DNA of 63,156 nucleotides, filler included, from Folioceros fuciformis (taxonomy: Eukaryota), in NCBI GenBank assembly GCA_049999805.1. It is 3 parts of 3 records of this genome, joined end to end, with 100 filler letters (N's around TTAATTAATTAA, not from the genome) between each part and the next. Parts side by side here need not be neighbours in the genome. Positions count along the whole stretch, not along the records: positions 27,927 to 56,550 come from JBNGIO010005748.1; positions 56,651 to 63,156 come from JBNGIO010005760.1; 1 more part is not named here. One strand, 5' to 3'. This document shows, in pieces, positions 50,001 through 60,139 of this stretch. The notes beneath the pieces are model-generated. The model searched no databases. It was not told the origin of the DNA and saw nothing but the letters and a program-made list of their open reading frames with translations. Position 1 is the first letter of the stretch, and each line of letters begins with the position of its first letter. A program made the position numbers and the translations under genes.

Positions 50001-50274
50001 GCCTAACACCTATGCCGTGCGAAAGCCCCTTTCCAACAGGGAGAACGAAGATGCCCTCTGCGGCCATGCCGAAAAACTAGCCTTAGCTTTTGGCCTTCTC
50101 AACACGCCGGAAGGCACTAGGTTGTTAGTGATTCAGGACTTAAGAATGTGCAGTGACTGCCATAGTGGTAGCAAGGTAATCTCGAAGATGACAGGGCGGG
50201 ATGTTATCGTGCGAGATGCGCACCGTGTCCATCACTTCAAGGCCGGGTCATGTTCCTGTGGGGACTTTCCTTAG
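47068..50274 (+). CDS. PLS-class PPR-E-DYW:KP RNA-editing factor with N-terminal OSB-type PDF motif (exons 47068-47176, 47262-47347, 47482-50274; possible in-frame intron 47676-47783)
   Basis: GT-AG splicing gives in-frame MRISG..HRCFS..RRR/EDRPIAARKALWRKFLEDPSQWWDHRCCK/RNVKYPDFVHSTTREGLWIDGWSNPAWV. Then P-L-S triplets, P2-L2-S2, E1/E2, RKQPATALIEV, CGHAEKLALAFGL, MCSDCH and CSCGDFP*. Confidence 0.92.
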
Positions 50275-50565
50275 TTGGCTGACATTTCGAGGGTGGATTA
50301 CATTGTCACTACGCTATGCAGCATCACTTGGTATGGGGTCAGGTGAAGCTTTGGCCTTCGCACTGCACGGTGGCCGTGGGCCGTGGGCCGTGCACCTAAA
50401 AAACAGGCGGATATGAAACTTACATTTCTATCTCCCATCGGTTGACGAGTTAGCCGAAATTTTTGTCCCCAACTGCTCTTTACGTCGGGCTCCCACGTGG
50501 CGAATCTTCACATTAAACGCGGTGACTAAATTATTCTGTCCTACGGCTCACCTAATCATAGAGAA

Positions 50566-53500
50566 ATGAACCCATTCTGCCGGTGTTTTCACACGGTTGA
50601 ATCTATTGAACTGTTGGGGTGGCCAGTAAAATGGGCCAGCGTGATGGCCGTGTGCTTAGCGCTATGTTGTAGGACAGAAGGCCTGGTTAATTTGTGTTTG
50701 GGAAGGAAGGCGTGCCTGATGATGATTGCTTTTATCTTGGTTGTTAGCTGGACGGTTGACGCTCTGTCCATGGATGGCAAGGAGCTGCTCAGATTCAAAA
50801 GCCAGGTACGGGATGAAGCTGGAAGACTGAGCAACTGGGAGAAGAGCGATGACAATCCATGCTGGTGGGCCGGAGTGACCTGCACACCAGCACGGTCCAT
50901 GGACTCTAACCCCAGTGGTGACGTGCAGTTTATCAATCTGTTGAGCAGCTACAACGGGCCTACTCTTATAGGCACTTTGCAAGCTACTCTCCTCATTCTC
51001 GCTTCTCTCGAGAGCATACGCGGCTTGGACTTGGCCCGCAACAATTTTTCCGGTCCTATGCCTGCGAACTTCGGAGTTATGATGAAGAATCTGTCTTACC
51101 TTCATCTTTCTAGCAACCCACTGACCGGGAAAAAACCCAGCGGCATCGGCGTGCTCTCGAACCTGCAGGCATTGGCGTTGGCATCCGGCGAGCTCACAGG
51201 TACGATTCCTGATCTGCAGGCCCTGTCAGAGCTTCGAGGCTTGGAGCTGTCAAACAACCGCCTTACCGGCAATATTCCCAAGCTTGAAGGTCTGAGAAAT
51301 TTGATGGAGCTCAAACTCTCCAATAACGGGCTTACCGGCACTATTCCTGATTGGGACAGCCTTGTGGGCATGCAACACCTCTCTCTGTCTCACAACAATC
51401 TTGGAGGCAGGATCCCCGACTGCACGGGATTGAAGTCTCTGGCGTCGTTAGATCTGTCCCGAAACCAGTTAGTGGGAGAGATTCCTCAAGGGATATGGAG
51501 CAATCGTTCTGAGATGATAGATTTGTCGGCAAATCGGCTTACCTGTGGCATTCCTGGCGAGCTGCCACAGCCCAGTCTGTGCATGACTACGTTGAACCTG
51601 AGCCACAATTTGCTTGCAGGACGCATCCCCGAGGTGGGGAAATATGGGCTTGGAGGGCAAATGAGCCTTCTCACCACCCTGGATCTGAGCAGTAACCAAA
51701 TAGACGGCCCCATTCCCATGTGGCTCAACAACAGGTCCATGCCTATGCTGAGGCAGCTTTGCCTGCATCAAAACAATTTGAGTGGAGAGGTGTCGACGCA
51801 ACAGTTTGCTGGAGACATCACGGAGCTGCGGTTGGCCCACAACAAACTCACAGGGGACATAACAATGATCGTTTCCAGCAACTTCACAGATATCACTGTC
51901 CTTGATGTGGGCTACAATGCACGACCTGGCAGCAGCGTCTTTGGAGAGAGTGGGGCAGACGAAGGCACCCTGCGTTTCGTCTTCCAGAAGTATGGTAGCA
52001 CCTTGCAGGAGCTAAAGTTAGGGGCCACCAATCTTCCAGGAGCCCTTTTCCAGCGGAGAGATGTTGCCGCTTTTGCATACGCTGGATCTGAGTAACAACA
52101 AGCTGGAAGGGGATACTCCCGGCGCTTACAACATGACCTACATGCCCTTACTGCGTTGGTTGGATCTGTCCAACAATTAGCTGCAGGGCCAAGTTCCTGC
52201 CGGCTTGACAAAGCTGAAGAAGCTTACGTGCCTCAACCTCTCCAGCAACAATTTTTCTGACCCCCTGCCGCCGTTGCCAGAAGCACTTCAGGAATCCAGG
52301 ACCGTGTGGTGTCCCTTCGCCACCTTGTGATGGCTCTTCCCCAGGTATATCTCAGAAACTGCTGAATCGTGACTGCCTGTGAAGTATGATAGTCTCTGTA
52401 ATTCGCAAGCTTTCGTCCCGACGAATCTGACACCGGTGTAGCTTGCAGAGAGTGCGTCATGGCAGGGTTCCAGCACGAGAAGAGAGAAAGGGATGACATG
52501 GATAATGATATTTGACATGGTCGATGTGTCCATACTCGTATACTTGGGAACTTGCTGTCAAGTCGGGTGGCGCTGGAAAATCTACAGCCGCAGACATCTC
52601 CAAGACGCGGAGTTGATCGCGGCAATGCAGAGCAAGGATAAGGCCACCTTGATGTCGCTCCGGAACCTACAAAGGGCCACATCGAACTTTTCACAGGACT
52701 GCCAGATCGGGCAGGGCGCATTCGGCACAGTGTACGCAGGCAGGCTGAGTGACGGCACGACCGTGGCTGTGAAGAAATGCTAGCGTGCGGAGAGTGATAG
52801 GGAGAAGGACCAATTCCTGAACGAGGTCCTCATCCTCTCTAAGTTGAATCACCGCAACCTGGTGAGGCTACTGGGATGCAGCCTGGAGAAGAAGGCCGCG
52901 GTGCTGGTGTTTGAGTACGTCTCCAACGGGACGCTTCGGGAGCATCTCCGAGGGGAGAGAGGAGTCAGGCTCACGTGGCCGCAGAGGCTACAGGTGGCCC
53001 TCCAGACAGCAGACGCCCTAGCGTATCTGCACTCTGCTGCCTACCCTCTCATCTTCCACCGGGATGTGAAGTCCTCCAACATTTTTCTGGATGACAACCT
53101 GAATGCCAAGGTAGCGGACTTCGCATCTCCAAGCTGGTTCCTCTAGAGGCCACACATGTATCCACCATCGCTGTGCTGGGCACTTCGGGATACATCGACC
53201 CGCAGTATTACCAAACCTTCCATTTCACTTGTAAAAGCGATGTCTACAGCTTTGGGGTAGTGCTGCTGGAACTTCTGTCTGCGAAAGCGCCGGTGGACAT
53301 TCGCAGGGGTGCTGAGGAGGCCAGCCTGGTGAACATGGCAATTCCACTCATTGTGAACAGAGAGATACCCCTCATTTTGGACCCTGCGCTTTCCTCAACA
53401 TACCAGTCTACTTCTGGGAAGGAGTCCATCTCCAGCATGGGTAAGCTTGCTGTCCACTGGTTAAAGTCCTCTCCCAAGGACAGACCGACTATGAAAGAGG

Positions 53501-53688
53501 TAGAGAAAGAGCTGCACAGACTCTTGCTCCAGTCAGCCGGCATCTCTGACTGTCTCCTGGATGATGACGCTGCAGGCCCTGACGTTCAGGCAAGCCAGGA
53601 TGCTTTCGTGACTTTCACAGTGCATTCGCATTCCTTACATGCGTCCCCTGTCTCGTCCGCATCACTGGCAGGCTGTGGCTCCATGTAG
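50566..53688 (+). pseudogene. LRR receptor-like kinase pseudogene with a WAK-type kinase domain
   Basis: Signal peptide, LRRNT (LSNW..PCWWAGVTC), many plant LRRs, frameshift near 51920, TM-like segment near 52500. Kinase [15 protein letters not shown] has TAG at 52781-52783, intact HRDVKSSN, and a frameshift at DFG near 53123. Confidence 0.88.
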
Positions 53689-53809
53689 AAGTAGTCGTTG
53701 CAAACATGCCAGTCCACTGGGGCTTCAAGCTATGGGTGCTGTGCTATTCTGAAACGGAACACCCGCACAGTCGACTGACTTTGATGTCGGGAGTGCCCAT
53801 CGCCCCACG

Positions 53810-54970
53810 TGTGAAAGAGTGCAACTCTAGCCCACTAAATTAGGCATAGGGTTTGTGACGTTTCGTATAAGACACAAGATAGTTTCTGTTGTATTCTTTA
53901 CTTACTTCAATTATGAAAAGCATTGTGTGCAAGTCTCGTACGACTTTTTGCTTTGTCACTTGGTATCAGAGCTGACAGATGTATGGACTTTGAATGTCCA
54001 TGACCTCTGGATGCCTGATCTGCCAATGACTTCTCTTACTGACTTAAAAAATGCCTAGAAGACGAGAGTCGCTCTGTGTGTGGCCCCTACCATTTCGCAG
54101 CTGCCAAGGGAACAACCTCATAACAATTCTCTCAGGAATTGGGTGCCTCCACAGCGTGATCAAGGGAGGGTCACTTCCCATCGAAATTGGGTACTCCGTG
54201 CTAGGGAACAGGGCAAGACAGGTCTCTTTGAAATTCTTAGTGAAAGGAGACAGTTTCTGCGTTGGGAGAATCCTAACAACCAAATTGCAGCATGGGAACA
54301 ACACGGCCTTACCTTGCCTAGGCAAGGAGATGTGCCTCCCTATATCAATCCCAGAGTAATGGTTCATTGCTTCAATGAGATCAATGAAAGGATCGATACT
54401 GTAATCTGTATGCATGAGAGCCTGCAACAAACTGGAGAGGAAACCCTATATGTTTGGAGGCCACAGACGCCTCCACCACCCGAAAATTGAAACAGTAAAA
54501 CTTGAACGTTGCATCGTTTGGAGCCACGAGACACACATGCTAGAGAAGGTCACGTCTGTTGGTGATGAATTGGCTTCATGTGAAGCTTGATGACTATGCA
54601 GGTTACTAAATAACTAACCAAGTGGTGCCAAAATACCTAGAAGGTTGTTGCTGTACCTGGAGTTGTGAGGATCATAATTCTCACTGTCCACCTACAAGCA
54701 CAACAAGGCGGGTATTAACACACTTTTTCCGCTACAATGGCTACTAACACAGCCAACATATCAGAAGTCGATTACAGAGATCGATTCAATGGAACTAAGT
54801 ATAACATCTGGAGAATAAGAATGAAGACTGCACTTGAGTTTAAAGAGGTATGGCAGTACGTGGATAGCACATTGCCTCTTCCCGTAGTTGCTGCAGCCAC
54901 AAGTAATACACCAGGTGTCACTCAAGCTAATGTAGATCTCTGGAACCGTGGAGATAGGACTGCAAACTAG
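53810..54970 (+). mobile_element. 5' end of a Copia element: putative short LTR (53810-53958), tRNA-iMet PBS (53961-53972), leader, truncated gag
   Basis: TG...CA followed by TGGTATCAGAGC; gag start MATNT..DRFNGTKYNIWRIRMKTALEFKEVWQYVD. Confidence 0.8.
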
Positions 54971-55799
54971 AAGGTTTCAAAAGTAAACTATCAGATTTCT
55001 GCTAGGCTCCCCATCTGGCATCTGGGTACTGATCCGTGCGTGGAGCGTTTAACTAAGGAGTTCTAATGGCAATGAGTCTATGAGCGACGGATCTTCACTT
55101 GCTTACAACACAATGCAGACCTACATATCATAGAAAGTATTGAAGCCGCTATAATCTTCGGCCACACAGATCAGAGGCGCTGCTCTCCCGTTCTCACAAA
55201 TTCATGCCCAGGGATGAGCTCTCAGTCAAGGTGTTCTCTTCTGATTAGTCTCAGGTCTGTCAGAAGAACAAAATTTGTAAATTGAAGCCTGATTCGGGGC
55301 TAGGAAGCCCAAATAGAAGAGTGATGACTTGAGGACGTGCTAGCCGACAATTGTGGCTGAATTCACTCAGGGAGGAAAGGCTACGAGGGTGCCCAAGGAT
55401 GGTGGTGAGCCTCCCGTGTCACAACGACAAATCGCTTTGCCGATTTCCAATGGCCCCTAGCCCACCGAGGTCTGCACACATGAGGAACGGCGCGCATGGC
55501 CGAAACGGTGCCCCCTTTTGTCGAAACGACAACTTAAGTTGTCATTTCACCAAGGGGAGGGGAATGGGACGCCCGTTCAATGGAACGGTACACCCGTTCG
55601 TGGCCCGCGACCCCTCTTTAATTATATTGCACCCCATTCTCCTGAATTTTTTTTAATCATATTTTTTTAATCATATTTTCAACGACGTTTCTTGTGAGTA
55701 GGTCCAAGTCTACAAGACCAAGATTGGGTTAAGGATTAGCACCGATTTTGCGAGCAGGTCCAAGCCTGCAAAATCAAAGTCCTGGTACTTGCAAATTGT

Positions 55800-56550
55800 T
55801 TTTGCTACCCTTTAAAGACGAAAATTCGAAGTATGGTCTCGCCGAATGAAGACTGCTTTCAATACTCGGGATCTGCTCCCGATTGTCAAACATACCTTCC
55901 CCAAGCCGTCTGGTCCCCAGTCCGCTATTAACGCCCAGGTACGGTAGGACAGACAGGCTATGCATAAGGTAATCTCCGGATTAGACGAGGTTACCTTACA
56001 CCATACTGATGGTGCCATAACCTCTGCTGACGCTTGGAAGCAACTCATAGACATCTATCAATCTACTAATGTGATGACTCTTGTTACGGTACGTTTGGAG
56101 TTCTACTCATTACGTATGCAACCTAACGACAGTGTTGCTCAGCACATAAGCAAGTTTAGGTATCTACGCCCTCAACTTGCAGCATTTAGAATGGCAATCT
56201 CCGAATTTGATGCTGCGGTCTAGCTCTTAGCTAGCCTCCCGGCTAGTTATCAAACCTTTGTCTCGTCCCAGAATCAGATGGTGAGAAATGCTCACCAAGC
56301 TATTAGGTCAGGCCAAGTCCCGAATATAACTGTGTCAGAGATTGCTGGAGCTCTCCTGCACGAGGAGGCTGCCAGGTTCAATGTTGGCACATCTCAATAC
56401 GGGGGAGAAAGGGTCATGTTCGTGACCAACGGTAGGTCACAACAGAATAAGAACAGGAGCTCTCAAAGATCTTCGGGTTCTTCCAAGTCTTCTAAGCGAC
56501 AGTGGACATGTCATTGGTGCCAAATACCTGGCCATTGGGAGAGAGAGTGT
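55800..56550 (+). mobile_element. Copia gag remnant
   Basis: FEVWSRRMKTAF, SADAWKQLIDIY..FYSLRMQPNDSVAQHISKF, CHWCQIPGHWEREC knuckle; in-frame stops. Confidence 0.85.
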
Positions 56551-56650
56551 NNNNNNNNNNNNNNNNNNNNNNNNNNNNNNNNNNNNNNNNNNNNTTAATT
56601 AATTAANNNNNNNNNNNNNNNNNNNNNNNNNNNNNNNNNNNNNNNNNNNN
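56551..56650. other. Artificial assembly spacer (N44-TTAATTAATTAA-N44)
   Basis: Same 100-bp structure as 27827-27926. Confidence 0.95.
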
Positions 56651-58702
56651 GAGGACGAAGTACCTGTAGCTCTTGAACAACCTAAACCTGCTGTCCTGCG
56701 TAGAGGGACATGCCATCGTACAGCTTCACCTTTGGAGTGGGCGGAACCTCCCTTGGCATATAAGTCCTTCTTGGTACAAGATGATGGTGGTCCTCTTGAC
56801 ATGGGAGATCCTCAATCATATCAAGAGGCCATAAATGGGAAGGACGCGCAAAAGTGGACTGAGGCAATTAATTCTGAATATCAATCTCTCATAGATAATA
56901 AAACATGGGTGCTTGAGGATTTGCCCCCTGGAAGGAAGGGAGTAACATGTAAGTGGGTCTTTAAAACTAAGCTTGACGCCAACGGAGCTATCGCACGATA
57001 CAAGGTGAGGCTGGTTGCAAGAGGGTACACTCAAGTGGAGGGGCTCGACTACACAGAAACATTCTCACCTGTAGTTAGAGCAACTTCCATCCGTGCTCTC
57101 CTTGCTATAGCAGCCCAACATGATTATCTTCTTCAACATATGGATGTAAAAACTGCATTCCTCAATGGAAACCTTGAAGAAACCATCTACATGAAGCAAC
57201 CAGAAGGGTACGTTGATCCACAGCATCCCAACAAGGTATGTAGACTTGTCAAAACAATTTATGGGCTTAAGCAATCACCACGAGAGTGGTACAAGAGAAT
57301 AGACACATATCTTAGGAGTTGTGGGTTTGTCCAAAGTAATGCTGATAGTAATGTCTACAGACTACATGATAGAGATGGGCTGGTCTACTTAGCACTTTAT
57401 GTAGATGATGCAGTCCTCATAGCTAGTAGCGCCACAGCCATGTCAAAAGTTAAAGCCATTCTGACTTCAGAGTTCTCCATGACTGACCTTGGTCAGCTTA
57501 CCTTCTTCCTTGGCATTAGAATACATCAGAATCTAGCTAGGCACAATATTTTTATACATCAATCACAATTCGTCCAACAAGTTCTTGCCAGGTTCCGTCT
57601 TCAAAATGCCAAGCCAGCACCAACGCCGATGGCAACTGGGGAGAAGCTAACAACAGATCAGTCACCAAAGACTGAGGAGGAACGACAACAAATGGCAACT
57701 ATACCATATAGACCTGCAGTGGGAGTGCTCATTTACTTTAGAAACTGGACCGGGCCTGAACTATCACACTCTGTAGGAGTTACATCACAGTTCCTTACAA
57801 ATTATGGAAGCGCACACTGGCATGCAGTTCAAAGGATCTTTAGATACCTTGGAGGCACACAAAATCGAGGACTTCTGTACAGCAAGAGACCAGAGAATTT
57901 GTTGCTCACTTGCTTTTGTGATGCAGACTGGGCTGCTGATACAGACAGCAGGAAATCAATCTCGGCCCATTGCTTGATGCTCGGCAAGGATGAGTTTCAT
58001 TCTACCACCATTTCCTGGCATAGTAAGAAGCAGCAAGTAGTGGCCTTATCCTCCACAGAAGCGGAGTACATTGCCACCACCACAGCTGCACAAGAGATTA
58101 TACATGGCCGAGAGCTGCTAGCATCCTTAGGAGAGCCTCAAAATCCACCCACTCTACTGCTCAGTGATAATCAATCCTCCATTGCCCTTGCTCAGAATCC
58201 AATTATGCACGCTAGGACAAAACACATAGAAATTAAACATCATTTCATCAGGCAAGTAGTTTCTGAGGGACAAGCCAATCTACAATATGTCCCAACAGAG
58301 GCAAACATAGCAGATATCCTTACTAAAGCCCTAGCATGTGATAAGCACGAAAGATTCTGTAAGGCAATGGGAATGGTTGAAAATCCAGATGCATAAGAAG
58401 AGTTTCCTACTTAGAATGCACAACTACAAGATGCTACTGAGGTAGAAGGAATGTCATCGAGCTTGGTATTGCTGAAGTGGCATCACGGAGGTGCAGTGCC
58501 GCAAGGGTCTGCATCAACACACAGCGAATCAGTTTTTTTTGCAACAGAGGACTCCACCGGCAGTGGGAGCTAATTCTCGTCAAAGGCATCAGTTCTGATT
58601 ATCAGCTTGTTCCTCATTCGTGAACATGCTGCAGGCAACATGCTACAAAGATGGTCATTTTACAACAGCAACATCAAGTATAAATGCAGGCTAAGTGGGA
58701 GT
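56651..58702 (+). mobile_element. Copia reverse transcriptase/RNase H (open ORF to 58396) with downstream PPT-like AAGTGGGAG
   Basis: CKWVFKTK..RYKVRLVARGYTQ, HMDVKTAFLNG, YGLKQSPREW, LYVDD, CDADWA, SSTEAEY, HARTKHIEIKHHFIR. Confidence 0.93.
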
Positions 58703-59645
58703 AAAAGTATTAAATGTATATAGGTTATAGAAAAGTAGCCTAGCATTTATAAAGTAGAAGTAATAAAATAAAAGAATTATTAAATAAGGGTTTATGAATA
58801 ATGATTCATAAAGCTAGATATAGAAGGGCACGAAACGAAACGCGCCCTAAAAAAACCAAAACTTAAGGGACACGAACCGTGCCCTAAAATAACCATGACT
58901 TATGAGAAGGGGCGTGCGCACCTTAAAAAGGGCACATGGCCCCAACAAGTAACTACCTTTTTTCTGCGCGCGTGCATCCTCCTCCGCCTCTGATCCTGGC
59001 TCAACACCTGTAGATCTTTAGAGATTTGTTGAGAAATCGTTGAGAAATTGCTGGGTGATTGTTTGCTGAGGTTTGGACGAGATTGCTGGGGAATTTCTTA
59101 GGAATCCCTGGATGTTTGTGGAGGACTGAGGAAGGCTACTGATGTTGCTGTAAGATTGCTGGAGACATTGTTTAAGAGTTGGAGAAAACGGCTAAGAAGA
59201 TTGTAGGAGAATGGAGGAGGAATGCTGAAGAGTGGATGCGAAATCTGGAGAGTTGCTGCGAGATTTTGAGGTGTTTGTGAGCGGCTATGGAAGCCTATGG
59301 AGACCCATGAGAAATTGTGAGGGATTGTGGGGAGTTGTGAAGGATTTGTTGGAGATTGGTGGGCATTGCTGAAGATTGAAGCCCTTGGGGGCAGGCCTGC
59401 GAGAATAATTGTGATGCAGAGCCCTTACGTGTGTTTTGTATGTGTGTGGAGTGTTGCATGAGTGAGTGGGGAGGTGTGGCTGATCCGCAAGGCTTTGTTC
59501 CCCAAGGATCAGCCCTTGCATGTGTGGGGAAGCATGGAATAACCCAGCTCTGTGAGTCTGGAAGGTCTAAGGCAGAAACCCATGGCTGGAAACCCGTGGC
59601 GGCGCCTGCGCCGGAAATAATTAGTTAGGGTTTGGGGTGGGACCC

Positions 59646-59775
59646 ACCACGGAGGTAGCCGAAGCGGCTACCGGTAGTTGACAGACCACGGANNNNNNNN
59701 NNACCACGGAGGTAGCCGAAGCGGCTACCGGTAGTTGACAGACCACGGAGGTAGCCGAAGCGGCTACCGGTAGTC
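59646..59775. repeat. 39-bp minisatellite with an internal perfect hairpin, spanning a 10-N gap
   Basis: ACCACGGAGGTAGCCGAAGCGGCTACCGGTAGTTGACAG units start at 59646, 59685 (cut by the gap), 59703 and 59742. Confidence 0.9.
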
Positions 59776-60139
59776 GAAAGACAACGGTAGTAGTCCACCG
59801 GGGAACGAAGGGTAGCCCAGTGGGCAACCAAGAGTAGTCCAGGGGGGGTAGTCCCTGGAGCGACTGGGTGGTAGGAGAGTCGTCCGGTGGGAAAAGTAAG
59901 GGGGCTGGGTAAGGACCGAGCACTGGACGTGTGTGCGTGGGTCAGTCGAGTTTAGGTGCTAATTGACTTAAGAAGCTAACCTGTGTAGTTTAACACGAAT
60001 CATTCCCTTGGGATCGAATCCCAGAGCTACAACGACATAGAGGGCTTGTGTGGACCTCGCGGTACCCCCGGGTACCATATTTTAACCCCAGAGAAACAGA
60101 CAAAGTCACCACATTGAGCAAGAGGTAAACACAAAAGTA

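Noticed and set aside
52781-52783. Premature TAG possibly repaired by U-to-C editing
   Set aside because: Such editing is organellar; this nuclear gene also carries frameshifts.
59646-59775. Palindromic repeats resembling a CRISPR array
   Set aside because: Units are directly adjacent and identical with no unique spacers, there are no cas genes, and the context is eukaryotic.
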